From contig CM082586.2 in NCBI GenBank assembly GCA_040954595.2, forward strand, positions 5,938,509 to 6,002,508: DNA of 64,000 bases. Reading direction: 5' to 3'. This document shows positions 29,491 to 44,052 of the stretch, piece by piece. Made by a program: the position numbers and the translations under genes. The notes beneath the pieces are model-generated. The model ran no database searches. It was not told the origin of the DNA and saw nothing but the letters and a program-made list of their open reading frames with translations. Each line of letters starts with the position of its first letter. The first letter of the stretch is position 1. Origin of the DNA: Balanoglossus misakiensis (taxonomy: Eukaryota > Animalia > Hemichordata).

Positions 29491-32400
29491 TGCAGGGTGA
29501 TGCAGAGTGGCTCATGCGTGTAACACAGGCCATCAGGTAAAATTAACAATGGTTGCTAGCTCTTACTTATTCAGCTCAGGCAAGCTGCATTGGGTTTATT
29601 TTAACATGATTAATTGCAATTAGAAGTGATGTCACAGACACTACTTCATGAAGACATAAAAATGTAAATAAATCAGAAATTCTTTCAATGGTTTCTCGTT
29701 AAATCCTCATCATTAATACATGTAATTCGCTATAGTTCCATGACTTTTCAATAGAAGCTACCAACATGATTGAATACAAATTCCTAATACTCTGGCTTTA
29801 TCTCTCAGATAAAACTTCTCACTGAATGCCAATTCTGACGTGTATTTGTAGCCGCTCTCTAGCAATGTGTATAATTTCCTTATTCTCCACCCATTAATCT
29901 CGACTTTGCCACTTTTAAATTCGCCTTTTAATTTAAATATAATAATATTGTAATAACGTGATAACATTTACGACTATATTAGTACATGACGTTACTCAAT
30001 ATTTGCATTTAGACACAAATCCATACAATCAAATCTCTCAGAATGAGACACTCTGTAGTCAGTTTAGGGTGGTTACATAGTTCTGGTAGTTTAATGTGCT
30101 TGAAGAAACAGACAGGAAAGATACTGATAACTCGTAGGTTACTATTAAATATCAGAGTGCATACATAGCAATGCACTCAGTACTGAATGAACAGATAATG
30201 GATAGAATAGACTTACAAATAGATTCATGCTGTATGTGATATTACAATTTACATGCTATGAATGTAAAACGAAGGTGGGATATGGATATTCTCCGTAGCT
30301 TTGTAATACAGAACTGACAAATATAAATGGATCAGTGGGTATAAAATATAGGGTCCGAAGGGTGAGGAACAAGTGCGGCAAAATTTGAAAATAGAATCAT
30401 CCAGCCAGCCAGACCATTTAACTGGCAGTTTTTTTAAACAGTTATCCAGAATCATGCATCAGAATATATTGCATCAAGACAAATAAATATTCATTTTACA
30501 GAGGTGAATGGCACAAATTGTTTACAAACATCACATTTTAACTACATGTACCTGGTCAATGCAGTGGACGACTTTGTCCAGTGTTGATGACAAGGAAAAA
30601 AAGTACATTGTCGTCGACATTTTGTTCATCCAGGTTTGTAGATGTGCAATATATTAAAATCTAATTATCTACCCTGTCATGAAAACGGACAAACCGGAGA
30701 ATGTCACAATTATTTCATAAACGAAAGGTCGTTATAATTTATTAATGAGTCGGCTATGTTCGTTGTCGTGGAAACCCAGTGAATTAAACCAAAGAAAAGC
30801 AGGTGCAAAAGTTTCCTTTTAAACCGTTCTTTCCTCCGGCACTGATTGATCAATTAATAAATATTTGCATGCAGGTGGTCAAATGTCACCAAAGATACAA
30901 TGATCCATCCTGGCATATGATATAAATTGCTTTACTAAATTATTATCGTGCCAAATTAATACAGATTCAATACAGGTTGAAGTCTCTCTTTATTCTTCTG
31001 TAACTATATATACGATGAAATATTCTAAGGTTCCTTTTTAATATTACCATAAGTCAACCTATTTGCTTAAGAATGAGTTATGGAAACATTGCACAACTCC
31101 CACTGTCACCAGATATGATATTGATATGAATGTAATTACTGTATATCAAATTAATTCTACGAGTTGGTTTGAAAAGGAAATTGAACGTTTCATTTTTATT
31201 GCATCTTAATTATCCAAATTAAATGATGTTATACCGGTAATTTAGATGGGACACGGGGATTGTGTAATAATATGTCTGAGTTAATACTTTCACTATATTC
31301 AAAAGTTGTACTTATTTATTTAACTCTTAATGTTTCAGTGCTGTGTCATGGTTAGTCAAACTTAAATTAATGCTAAGTTTAAACACATTATGTTGCGTGT
31401 ATACTATAAATTATTTTTCAAATGACATGTGTACCGGTATATGGCAGACAATCAAAGGCTTTTCACAGGAAACGACAAATGGGAGACATTCTGTGAGGAT
31501 TTTATTTTCAATATCGCTCAAAAAGGAAGACCTGGGAACGTGTAAATTTGTCTGTGATGTTAACTGTTGGCGTCACACGTGCGTCGCTTAACCATCCTGG
31601 AATAATAATCCCCGAGGACGCTTACATAAAGATGACAAGTCTGGCCTCTTACTGCTGTATCTCCTATCACATGAATAATTTAGCCGCCGTAATCAAAAGT
31701 GTTTTTCCCAGTTGTTGTCAATCTCGGTGCGGAGCGATAACCTTTCCGACGCGTTTTGTCAGTAAGCTGCTTTCGCGGCGTGTTTTAGCAACTATAATTA
31801 CTGTCACATTGCTCTTGTGAATAAAACGAATCCACTAACTCGTAGCCAGCAGCCTGCATAAGATCTCAGCAGCTTTGCCACACCCTCATGGCCATGCAGA
31901 CAATTGGCAGAGACACATGCGAGTGTGTTCCTGGGGCTCAGTGTACTGTACAGCATAGGCCCGGACGTTTCAGTACATATCCCTTTCTAGCATTGTACTG
32001 GGGATGATAGGCTACCTACCGAAGTTAACTTTTTAAATCCAGATACATTTACTAGATTAACACACTTTAAATTCAAGTGGCAGTAGAGACCCTAATACAA
32101 ACACAGCTTGCAGTAGGACTGAAATCACAGTCTGAGGCTACCTTAATCAGTCCCTTTTACTTGTTTATCATGCACCCTTACTTTCACTAGGAAGATTTTC
32201 ATGGATGGGGCAGTGGGCTGTGACTCAAAACTGCTATCCCCATAGGTTAAAGCAATAACATGCATTCACCTGTTATACACCTGTTCAAAGAGTGAATTGA
32301 TATAGGAACTAGCTGATCAAAAAACAAATTTACAAGACTGCTGCACACTGGCTATTATCATCGAGTAATCAACCCCTTAATGGACATCAGTTATCTTTTG

Positions 32401-35400
32401 TGCAAAATATCTAGATCCTCTCCAAATCAATTGCCTCTACTACCAGAAAACAGTCAGCTGTGTCATAAAAGTGACAGCCTTTGATAATTCTGTCCAGGCT
32501 AAAAACTTGTAAATAGCATATATATGTCTTTGTCTTGCAACATGGCTGTATGCATCACTGTTATGTAAAGAATTGTTCGACAACATACGACGCCACTGAC
32601 TGAGACAACTCCCATCGACTGTTGCGTGGTGGCGCTCTCACGTTATTTTACACAGAAAAAGCAAATGCACAGCGATGCTGTATTTTGAACAAATGAATGT
32701 GATAAATTTACCCAAAACTGAAAAACGTACGGCAAATAAATAATCATAGTATATTCACTTTAACAATCCTATTACACCAAGAGTAAAGATAAAGTTGTGG
32801 CTTATCTAGATTGAGACACATCAGATGGTCTTGCAAGCTGATCAGTAGGGGCTGTCTTTACCTTTGGTGATTGTTTTGGTTGTTCTGTCCTCTTGGCTGC
32901 AGTCTGCTGCACGTGCATCACGTCCGAACAGAACAGCCAAGAATCAGCAAAGGCAAAGATGGCGTCTTAACTCTACATCTGCTTTTAATCAGATTGATGG
33001 TCCTGTGTCATTAACCTTTGTTAGATACCTGAAAGAAACCGCTGATACTAAAAGTTGTATGTTAGAGTGGCCACACGTTCCTTTTCAATAAAATAGCAGT
33101 CGTGACTAGGAATGGTAAAACATACGCGAGTGTGATCGGCTGAGTAAATACAGTGAAATGTGCGTGACGTGCCGCGAGGCTATCAAATTTAACAACATGA
33201 CCATTGTACACCGTGCTCAAGTGAATTTATCATTTAAATGGATTTTTCTATATTAAGCATTGCAAAGCGACTTCTGCAGTTGATGGTTTCAGGTATTAAA
33301 AGTGTGTAATAAATCCATATTTCTATCATTTGATACGCCATGTAAACGAAACCCTTGCTACAAGAACGGCAGAGAGTAAATGTCAGGAAACGTAAGCAAT
33401 TCGATCTGTTTTAACCAATTAGGCTTAAGCTTACCTTTCTGTGAGCAAGTTCTGCTTTTCCTGTGTTTTGATTGTAATATGACTAAACATTATGAATCGT
33501 CTATAAGAAAACCAAATGCTGATCTCGAAATAGTTCATTAATGATTAAATTGTTACAAATGTTAACATGATATCTACCGGTACGATATATACACCGTTAA
33601 GCTAATGTGGTTATCATATTTCTGTTGTAAGCTGTAAGGACTTTATAGTTTCTCATCCTGTTGTCAGTAATTGTCCCTCTTGTGTATGGATGGCAATTTG
33701 ATACAATTTACTAAAGACTCTGTGCCTTGACGAGAATCAAGAAGCAACAAATTTATATATAATTTGATATTGAAAAATGCAGTAAATTGTCTTCTTTGCC
33801 TTAAAATTGCTAATCCATATTATTTCGAATAGCACAAGATTCCCCTCCATGTCTTAGACAGTTTTAACTCCCACTCCTCTCACACTATAATAGTTTAGCT
33901 AGGCTATTTAATTCTAGCAACCGCTAGCATAATCTGAACTTAAAGTGCTTTAGTTAGCTTATTTCAGTTAAAACCATATACTTCCACTGTTTGTGTCCAT
34001 CTATTTGGGCGTCAGCAAGATTCCATGTATATTCCTCTTAGTCTTTGCTAAGCGAGTTACATGTAGTCCTACAAAAAGGAGCATAACTCCCTGTTACAAT
34101 TGCCAATGACAAATCCCCTGTGTGACATAAGTACCTGTACATGTACCGTATGTGTGTGTATATATATAGTCACACCTGTATTGTTGGTTATACAGTGATA
34201 ACAACTAGTTTTATGTGTAATTTACACAATGGCTAAGCTGATGTATAGCAGAGATACCGCCCTCAGTGTTAATTTTGACAAAACTTCTGATGTGTACATT
34301 TGTCGTGTGCTTGACAAATTGGTGCGTAATACAACAAAAGTACTCCACAGTCTGTCACACCCATTAAGCATTTGAATGTATCTCAAGATGACAAGTGTGA
34401 TGATGCTTGTGAACTCAATTCAATTCTCTTTGTTGTACACACAGAGAGGAAACTTTCACTGATTTTCAGTTTTATAGTGGTTTGCCACTTGCGCCCTCTA
34501 GCATTAGGTGAGAAGGCAAGGAAAAGGAAGATTTAATGAATGTGATTATGCATGGTGTTTTATTATAGTTCTACGGATACATTCTTCATTTCTGCTGAAA
34601 TGTTGCTAATCCCTGAAGTCATTTATTTAATATGCTGGCAGGTGTGTCATACATTTAGTTGCACATATCATTTTTGTCATTAAAAACAATCAAAGAGCCA
34701 AACTGCTACACGTACAAAGTGTGCTTAATTCTTGGGGCTTTGTCGCTCTCGGCGCACTATCTGTCGACAGATAGAGAGAGGTCTCTTGGCTAGCGAGACT
34801 TAACAGATCCACAACTGCTGACCCCTACCGAACTGACCGGTCGCCTAACCTGCATTCGAACTGAGGTTAGCGTTATCAATGAAAATCTACTTAATTCATG
34901 GCATCTCTTTACCCTTCCAGTGGTCCACGGGAAAGAAATGATAGCAACCACCCATAGTAGCAAATGTAACAATTATATTTGTTTATAAGTGTTTATTCTG
35001 GGTTATGTTCTTATGTTATCCCAGGTAGAGGGCGCATGATTCAGTTAAACACCAAAGGGAAAGGAAATAATATGGATTGATCTGTTTGCATATGGCGTTG
35101 CTGCTTGAGGATTGGATGTCAATTATTATAATAACATAAATTGGTGATTAATTATCTCTAGCAAGACTTCAAATCACCCGGACACATCTGGCTGTGTTGA
35201 AACAGTGTCTACATTCATTAGCCTTATTTTATTGGGAAATACATGAGAACCAGGGACCATCTCGCTTTTATAATCACAAAAGGATAAAACATCTTGAGCA
35301 TATGGCATATGTAGTATCAGAACATCAAAAGGGTTTGATGGGGGATGCAATTTGTCATGGATTATATCCTCATTCTTGGTTGCCCTGCCTTGAGGATTTT

Positions 35401-38400
35401 TTTGTAGTGCAAGTCCAAGCGTTCCTGGGAAATGTTCCCCCTGAAAACGCGTGCCATGGTAAATTAAGGTAGTAGTCTACTCAAAATTTTGAATGTCATT
35501 TACCTGATGCCAAGATAGGCTTCTGTTGCGTAAAATGCACATGTATTATGCATTTTCTAATCAACAGGTGTTTTAATTAGTAGAGATAAAATTCTTATTA
35601 TAGGAACAGTTTTCTTCCCGTTTAGTTTTGATTGCATTTTTTCTATTAAACACCGACTTCCAGAAAAGTTCTTATCACTTGATTGCATCTCCAGGGTATC
35701 AACATGATCTCGCGTATATCTTTAAGATGCATGTTTTAATTAAAACGGCTGCATACAATATGCGAATTAGGCCTCAAAGAAACGCTCACCTTAACACTCA
35801 TTAGTAATTCTCCTATAATTTCTACATAAATACCAGCAGGAAAATTTCCTCACATCAGCCCAGTCGGTTCTTTTGAGAACCCAACAAGTGCATGTAATTT
35901 GATACATGTAATTTGCCTAATCAACTTCTTAAGGGCCTTTCATATCATGGAAAAGAGCTAGTGTCTCATTAAGTAGTGCGGGATTGCCTCTTCACGCATG
36001 AATGTGAATTCAACCCACCAACCTAAACATTAGTTTATTTATGATGTTCTGGTGTACTTGCCTAATGAGATCTGCGCTACAATACAAAATGGTCGCTAAA
36101 ACGTGCATTACCAGGGACTAAGCGGTGTATACGTATATCGGAATAAATGGAACATAACAGTGGGAAATGTTTGACCTTCTAGCCTAATCTACAGGGAAAT
36201 ACTTTAGTAGAAAACGCTTTAGGTGATGGTGATAAACACTCAATTTTTTCCATCATTCTTTTGGTAAGCATTAATCGGAAATGACATGTATAAATTATAC
36301 ATGTAATTATTACAGTGTCTTAAATTGTTATAGGCCATAAGCTTGGGAAACGCAGCCTGTAACATACAAATACTAATAGTCTACCAGTGAGACATTTCTC
36401 TTTCTAAATCACTTTGCATGTTATTAATCAAACCCTAAATGATATAACCAGAAAGTATTAGCTCGTCTGTGCATGTCTATAAACCCCACAACATGTAACT
36501 ATCCTCGTGAACCGACAGATCCTGACAACTACTAGTTACAATATAAGGGTCCTGATCAGATAATCAACTGAGAGATAACTTTGAAGATATCAGATATTCA
36601 AATTATCATGTGTTAAATGTCAAAATGTCATGTGCACAACAGAAAATATCGAACAGCGCACGTAATATTCGTTTTGTGTAAATGCCCAGACACTATCGCT
36701 CCATGAGTGGCCTTCCCAAATGACTCTGACTTCAACTGGCAATCACAGTGGCTGCAACTGTCAAGGGCAACAGCACGCAGATGGTTTTGTTATAAACTAT
36801 TAGGAAGAGACGAAGATGATATGTTAATAGTTTAACACTGTATATACATTAATATAAAGGTGAATACAACAATGCCATGCTATGCTAAGACACCCTTTCA
36901 AGTAGTTTTTCCTAAATCCACCCTTTAGGGCTGCACAACAAACACTACAAGTTCTGGTGACAATTTTAGAAATAAAATTCATAGAAAGACAATGAAATTT
37001 GCAGAAACCTCACAAGATACCTTAGAGGTCACTCACAACTGTCCTTTACGAAACTCATAATAACCGTAATTGCTTTAGTTATACCTGCACAAACAATAAG
37101 TATACTAATTAACGTGTTAATGATGAGAAAAACAAAGTTACTATTGACACATTAAAACGCATTTATCATATTTCCATCTCAGAATGTCGAAAATTTTAAT
37201 TTTGCTGATGAAGTTCCCATATTTTTTAATTAAAACTTTACACATGAGTTATTCCATGTCAGCTAATAAGCTGTAAATCCCTTGGGTATATTTGCAAAGA
37301 AATGTGAGTGCGTTTCATTAGAGAAATTGCCATGTAAATATGGTGTTTGACGTAGGATTGTCTTAGCCTGGAATTTGTGTTGATATGATCGAAATTATTG
37401 GATTTCTCTACACAGGCATTCAGTGATATCTAGGCCATTGTTACAATGCAAGTTAGAAGTTGAATTTCACACATTGATAGGTAATGCAGTTTGTGACTAC
37501 TCGTTAAACTTATGCAAATTAAAACATTCATTCAAAATCTCACAAAATGATTCAGTTTTGAAAACACAATCTTTTCCAAGGCTCTTCGTTGCTAAGGACT
37601 CGCGTGCTATAGACAATCACTCTTCTACTTGGTCATAAGTGAAATGTAAGAGGACATCACATAGAAATGTCCATTCCATTCAACTGTCTCAATTTTTTCA
37701 TTAATGTTGGAACATCCTGGTTGTTGACATTTCTTGACTCCGTGCTAAGTGCACTTAGTTGACAAGACCCATTGTATATAGGCTTAATATATATTTTACT
37801 AGGCATGTCATATCATCGATAGTTAATGTGCGTCGATAATTGAAAATCTTTCAACTTTACACACTCGTTGACAAAAGCTTTACTTTTGTATTATAGCCCC
37901 ATGCAGGACTGACAGGGATTGTGACTGTTAGCATGGATGTGCATAGTAATCGACGTTTGATGAAAACTACACCACAATAGAGCATAAAAATGCAACATTT
38001 TTGTTCTAAATGTTATAAAATAATTTAAAATAATAAAATAATATTATAAAAATAATACACGGTTTTGCATGAAACTAAATTTAACTTCACTCTGCTCGAA
38101 CTTGACATCATATTCGGTATTGTTTTATCATAAGTAATGAACCAAAATGAGAAATATGAACTGAGCTCCAAGTCATTTTAAGAATCAACTGTTTTTAATT
38201 GTTGGTACTCCCCTGTTCATGTAAACTGCAGTCAGCGAATTCCTCAAGATTTGAGTTACTTTATTCACCATAGAAACAAACAAAATGATTCATGTACCGG
38301 TACAGGAAATTAAGTGAAAGAAAATGAAATAACCATATTTACAGATGACTGGACAAGATATATAATATTCCATGGCATAAAGAAAAATAATTTATGGCTC

Positions 38401-41083
38401 AAACATTTAGTGAAGCTTGTAATGTCTGCTTCTCATTTGATGATAGTAAAATAGGATAAGTTAGGGCTATAGTAATAACAAAAGAGTCATTAAATTAAAT
38501 TATCAAATTTGATCATCCAGGACTACAGAATACAATAGGTGTGTAGACATGCAGTGGTCACAAGGAAATGGGGATACAATGATTAAAGTGAAGGAAAAAT
38601 TCTTTAATAGCAATGAGATATTTTCTTAATTTCTTTTTGAAGCTATAGGAAGGTTTATTCTTGCTCAAATTTATTATAAAATTCATTCGATAATTGTATA
38701 AATAATATCACATTCACAGAAAAATCCTCTAAAATACCTTCTCTTGACCTATTCGCAGGTAATCAAAACCACCATCCGCACTTTCATGGCATTTAAAGAG
38801 TAACATTAACAATTAATTATTTCTACAAAACTTGCATCCTGTTTGCATCTACAAGTTGATAAATGTTTCACTCAAAGTGACATTTAAAACACCTCGCCCA
38901 CGGACACAATTTGAATACTGGCGATTAAATGTATAAATAATAAAAATTCTCTTTTAAGATACTATCTGTTGTTGGCGATGGTAGGATACAATTATTCGCC
39001 ATGGTCTATTTGAAGCGAGTAATGTAATTCTCCTTTTGATCATGAGCTTATCAAGCAACAGCTTGAATAGATTTCACTACTCCTTTTCTGGGTGTAAGAA
39101 GAAAGTTTGCTAAGTTTTTAACTTCAATGGATATTTTCATATGTTACATACAGCTGAAAGCCGTTCAAAACAAAAATATAAGTTTTGCATTATCTTACTG
39201 TTTTTATTCTTATACACAACTGTCACTTCTGCGCGGAAAGAGTTGTGAGTTTGCCAGATAAATGTAGTGTCAGAATGCTAGGGTTGGATCCAGCAACTAT
39301 CTTTAATTAAGTTCACTTTGTGTATGACTTATCATTTGCTGTGTACAGTTTTATCTCATCTGAAATAGATAGAGTTTCTCATTATCGCATTAATGAGACG
39401 CAACTTTCATGTATTATTTAACAGAGAGATAAGAAAATCTGCCGGCTACATGCCCATCCACAATATGACAGGGTAATCCTTCAAAGCATTTTTATCAGCA
39501 TTTTTTGCGCGTTTTGCAGACCTCTCAGACCCTATTATAACACCAAAATAGAATTATAGTCACATAAACTGGATATGATAATCTTGACTTGAACGATAGC
39601 AACACTCTTGTTTCAAATATGTTTCACCGATGGCCTCTGTCTTGGAACACATTTAAACATTTTCAATATTGAGCCGTTTATGAAATTACGTTCCCTGATC
39701 AAGTAATGCGAGTGGGAAAATAAACCTGAAGCAGCGGCCAACATGATACTAGATACACCACCTGACATCAAGCATTGGGTTTGCACGAATGTGTAGACAA
39801 TCTATAATTTAATGCATTTTTGACATGGAAAATAAAGCTAATATACATCGATTTCATTTCTCTTTAGGTCTATTTTGCTGATAAGCACCGATCGATATAC
39901 TGGCTATCTACTTCTGAGGTGAGTAGTGATGGAATTGTTTATCGTATAACCATTAGCCACTAAAAGGAAACTTCATGTTTCTACAACATACCGGTAATAT
40001 TGATAGATTGCAACAACAACAGTAATAATACCGGTATTATTAATAATAACACACAGCATCATCATTATCATCATCATCGCCATCATCATAAATGATGATA
40101 TTTTATAAAGATAGTTTTCAGCTGCGTTGTGTACAACTCCACAGATGGTGACACTTGAACTAAACATAAAATCGTTATGGCTCCACCGGTACAATTAATA
40201 ATCCTGATCTAAGACACAAGACTTGCAGCTTACGTTCACTGTCTGCTAATTTTATCACATGGCAGTACTATACCATCTCTGTGTTTCATGATAGGACTTC
40301 AGCCACTATTACTTTTTTATTAATTGACCTGTCAATGTCGAATAGTCCCCCTGGCATCTGCTGTACGTGGCAATGTTTAAGTTGGCAGTCTTCCATGTGC
40401 ACATGCGCAAGAACAGAAAATCTGGCCATGATTTGAACACAGTCGCACCGGCTTGTTCACAGCCAAAGTTGACACTAGGTACCAATGGCCTCAAATCGTT
40501 CTGCCCACGTAGCCATGTGTTCGACAGAAGATCTTTGCTATCTGGTAGAAAAATGACCTGATTACCTCTGAATTTACACTACTGCTGTGAGGAAGGCATT
40601 GTGAAAGTTTGCGACCAACCTGTTGTACCTTTTATCAAAGTATTCAATTACACATAAGAATGTTGGGAACATGGTAATGCTACTGTAGAAAATGTCACGA
40701 ATGGCGAGACGTTTGATAAATGCCCCATAATAAAACATGGGGCTCAGCCAGAACATGTTAGCAAGATAAAAAAAATATTGAAATACATATGGCAAATTGA
40801 GGGAAGAACTTCTTATGAAGCTCTTCTTATCTATAGAACTACTGTGCACTTCTATTGCAATATAACTTCAATCGGGATATTCATCTTTGGGTTACACTAC
40901 GCCCCCCACTATGTGGAGTCCATAAATTATCAATCTTTTATCATGATTAACGCTATTTCCCCCTCCTGTGAGCCAACCACCGTCAATGACTGAGTAAACA
41001 CCGTCACAGCTCTTCTCATTTAAATTTTCGTATCAAAGAAAACACGGATAAAACGCTTTTCATATTGTCCCTAATGAGACGAG

Positions 41084-41197
41084 GGTCTCGCGAGACCACG
41101 AATTATCAATAAAAGGACGGCGTTTGCACGCGGAACCTGACATTTTAAGGACGAACAAGAAGTTATCTGACGTCCCCCCCGAGCGAAGCTGCTTCAG
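41084..41197 (+). promoter_or_regulatory. Putative promoter and 5' non-coding exon of the prepropeptide gene
   Basis: Perfect 14-bp palindrome GGTCTCGCGAGACC at 41084-41097, TATA-like CAATAAAAGG at ~41107, a locally CpG-rich stretch, and donor CAG|GTATGT at 41197/41198 that could splice to the acceptor at 41553. Confidence 0.5.
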
Positions 41198-41573
41198 GTA
41201 TGTCTGAGTTTTACTTATCGAATTCTTCCACTGAGAAATATTTGTCAGGCATGTCTCTTCCTATTCTGTGATAACTGGAAACATGAAGTTGAAATTGATT
41301 GTGTCTTTTTCTACAGAACATCCCTAATGGCAGCCATTAGAAAAAAAAGATAATATTCTCTTCAGTGATTTCAGTTTTGAACTGACATGGTTGTGTTAGT
41401 GTAGGGAAGCATTGAAGACATTTGCATGTTTCGCGCATAAATGTTAAATTAAATTAATTAAATTGTCTATCTTTAATGCGAATAATGCAGATGTGTATTT
41501 TCAAAGTTGAAGAAACTTAGTAATTTTGTTTTTCCGTTGTTTATATACACAGGTATTACCCCAGATAGCGAAG

Positions 41574-41724
41574 ATGAGAGAAAAGCAGCTTATGATTTGT
41601 GTTGGACTCCTCCTGGTTCTAGTAGCAGTTGATTTTTGTTACAGTTCGCCGTTAACACGACAAAGGAGAGAGGATGATGATGATGATGACGACGACCACA
41701 ATGATGATGGCTACAGACGCTCAG
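41574..41724 (+). CDS. Secreted prepropeptide, coding exon 1 of 4 (signal peptide + poly-Asp segment). Full CDS join(41574..41724,43438..43521,43992..44052,44254..44275), 105 aa
   Basis: AAGATGA start, downstream of acceptor tatacacag (exon starts 41553). Reads MREKQLMICVGLLLVLVAVDFCYS-SPLTRQRREDDDDDDDDHNDDGYRRS. Donor CAG|GTATTT, phase 1. Confidence 0.85.
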
Positions 41725-43437
41725 GTATTTAATTTGTCAGACAATTTATCCAGATATTTGTCGAGATGAGTTTGTGGTACCTCACTCATCTTGTTTGATT
41801 GCCCTGTTTCATAAACTTTCATAGAAGCAACTAAAAGCTGAAATTATCTTTAATTCTGTCCAAGTTTTCTCGTCAAGTACTGGATGTCCACCACTTTGAT
41901 GATTACACTTAGCAGAAAGGTGTTTTATAAGGTACCGTGGGGTGCACTGATCTATTAAGGACGATTTAGAATGGACTGCTTTTTCTTCATTTTGAGACAG
42001 TTATCCAATTTCGATGGCGAGATAAACATCACATGACATTGTTCAACATGTCTCGCGAGCGTAAAGTTTAACTCCGTACTTTCAGCAAACGACAGTAGCG
42101 ACAAAAGATCAGAAACCGTCGACATGAAAATGCTGAGCAATTGTCTGGTGTTTTTGACACCAGTTTGATGAAATATTGTGAATGTGAAGCCCCAGTGGGA
42201 ATGTCACATTATGCTAAATAATTAAAGACTGCATCGTTGATAACGTAGATGAGTTTCATCACAGTAAATGAGTTTGACACAGAAAGGAATATTCCCGACG
42301 GCCAACCTTCGCGTTGCTAACCACAAAGACAACACTAGGGGCGGAGACAATGCAGTCATTAAAATCGCTGAGGACAGTAAATAATTTCGCACCATTCTAT
42401 TCGGCTTAATCAAAGAATAAGTTTCCTTCTGTTCCTGTTCACTATGCTTTGCCCCAATATCTAATTTTGGATTTTGCTACATGAAAAAGATTATATCCAG
42501 AGAAGAAATGTGTCGCGATTCAGTTTCCGTGTGATATATTTGCACAACTATTGCTCTCAAAATTCGTAATGATAGAAAATTAAATAGATAATACGTTTAT
42601 ACCTAAAAGCGACACGTCTAGAGTTGTTCATCTATTAAATGACCTGGTAATTAATAGTTTTTGCACTGCGCTGGTGTCGGAAGATTTGATCATTTAATTA
42701 CATTTTTTCCTGGATATTACTTCTTCTGCACCATAAGAGATCTGACGCATCCAAATTAATTAATAATCGAACACCGCCATTCTTATCATGGTTAAATTCC
42801 CATATGGTCCCTCAATGATTGCTAGGTGATGAGCATTATCAGTCATTGGCCGAATTTCTGAACCAAAGACCATGTCATGAAGGCTCCGCAGAGAAGACTG
42901 TTTCACTCGTCAATATGAGTGACATGCGTCATTTCCCTGCGATTGCAATACGCGATCGTCCGCTCATTGCGAGACCTCCTTTCGTTCTATTGTTCTACAC
43001 TACAAAACATGTATTTTCACTTCAAATGATTAATAGTTTATACACAACACCTAACCATTTCTGTTGGATGATGAGTCGGAGACCAAGTGCAGGTCGTTAA
43101 TAACAGCGATGTAATATATAAACTTTGCATGCTGTAATTCCCCATGTTAGTATCATAACTGTTAATATGAAAGTCTCCTCGATGCATTAAAGTTATTGTT
43201 TCTGAGTAAAAAAATTATATTTGCTGATGTTGATAACGCTTATTATTCTGATGCTTTTGCTTGAAATTGTTACTAACATCTATATACATTTTGCCGCCAA
43301 ACCAAACAGGTAACATAATGTTAACATTTGCTTCTCAATGCTAATATCAAAGTATTTTGAGAAATTCAAAGTGACTGTACTGTCCCTGCATCTAATAACA
43401 TTGATCTGATCTGTTTTCTTTCATCTTTTTGTTACAG

Positions 43438-43521
43438 CCGTCGGCCACAGGGACGATGACAGTGATGAAGACGGAATTGAAACTGTAAAGAGGCTCCTGG
43501 AGGATCTCCAAGAAAAACAAA
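43438..43521 (+). CDS. Secreted prepropeptide, coding exon 2 (acidic spacer, KR site)
   Basis: Long polypyrimidine tract and gttacag acceptor. Reads (A)VGHRDDDSDEDGIETVKRLLEDLQEKQ. Donor AAA|GTATGG. 84 nt, phase 1-1. Confidence 0.8.
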
Positions 43522-43615
43522 GTATGGAAATTTAAATCAGAATTCAGAGAAAAGTGTGATTAGGTCAAGATCTACTTAAAGCCTTACAAGAAAGAAAGCA
43601 GTTGCTATTTTCAAA

Positions 43616-43843
43616 TAGATGATTTTACACTTATTGTGAGATCTTGCGAGATTTGGTTAATTACCATAGCAACAGGTTGCTATCCAAGTGGAACAGGTCA
43701 AGCTTTGTTTGAAACTAGAATATGAGCAACACAAAATGCCATGTATTGTTTGTCCTTTGTCACATGAGAATATCATCCAATATAAATTGCCTAGCCACGC
43801 GAAATCTCTCAGGTTCTCATGATGTTCAGAAAGTGGTCTGTTG
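43616..43843. mobile_element. Old dispersed repeat (MITE-like) with AATAGACCATTTT-type terminus
   Basis: Right part (CATGAGAAT...TATAAATTGCCTAGCCACGC...TTCAGAAAGTGGTCTGTTGA) matches 29420-29490 and, inverted, 5640-5720. The left end is a decayed inverted copy. Confidence 0.55.
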
Positions 43844-43991
43844 ATACCATTTATGCCAATAATGTCGAAAATGTGCTTGCAAGTTCAACTTTTAAATTCA
43901 CCATCTGAATGGAATTATATCCAACTGCAAACTGCAGACAATCGGCCGTCCACATTGTAGAATAATCAATGATTGTTTGCTTGTTTTACAG

Positions 43992-44052
43992 AAAGAAAAT
44001 TTGGCCGAGGGAAAGGTAGAGGATTCAGACAAATGCCTGACTCAGGATTCGG
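43992..44052 (+). CDS. Secreted prepropeptide, coding exon 3 (cationic Gly-rich segment)
   Basis: Acceptor ttgttttacag. Reads (K)RKFGRGKGRGFRQMPDSGF(G). Donor CGG|GTAAGC. 61 nt, phase 1-2. Confidence 0.75.

Noticed and set aside
40309-40993. Coding-like composition with several short ORFs upstream of the prepropeptide gene
   Set aside because: Multiple stops, no recognisable motif and no splice frame, so it cannot be called.
43992-44052. Amidated neuropeptides from KFG-R or GKGR within the prepropeptide
   Set aside because: The products would be only 2-3 residues and match no RFamide or tachykinin consensus, so no family was assigned.
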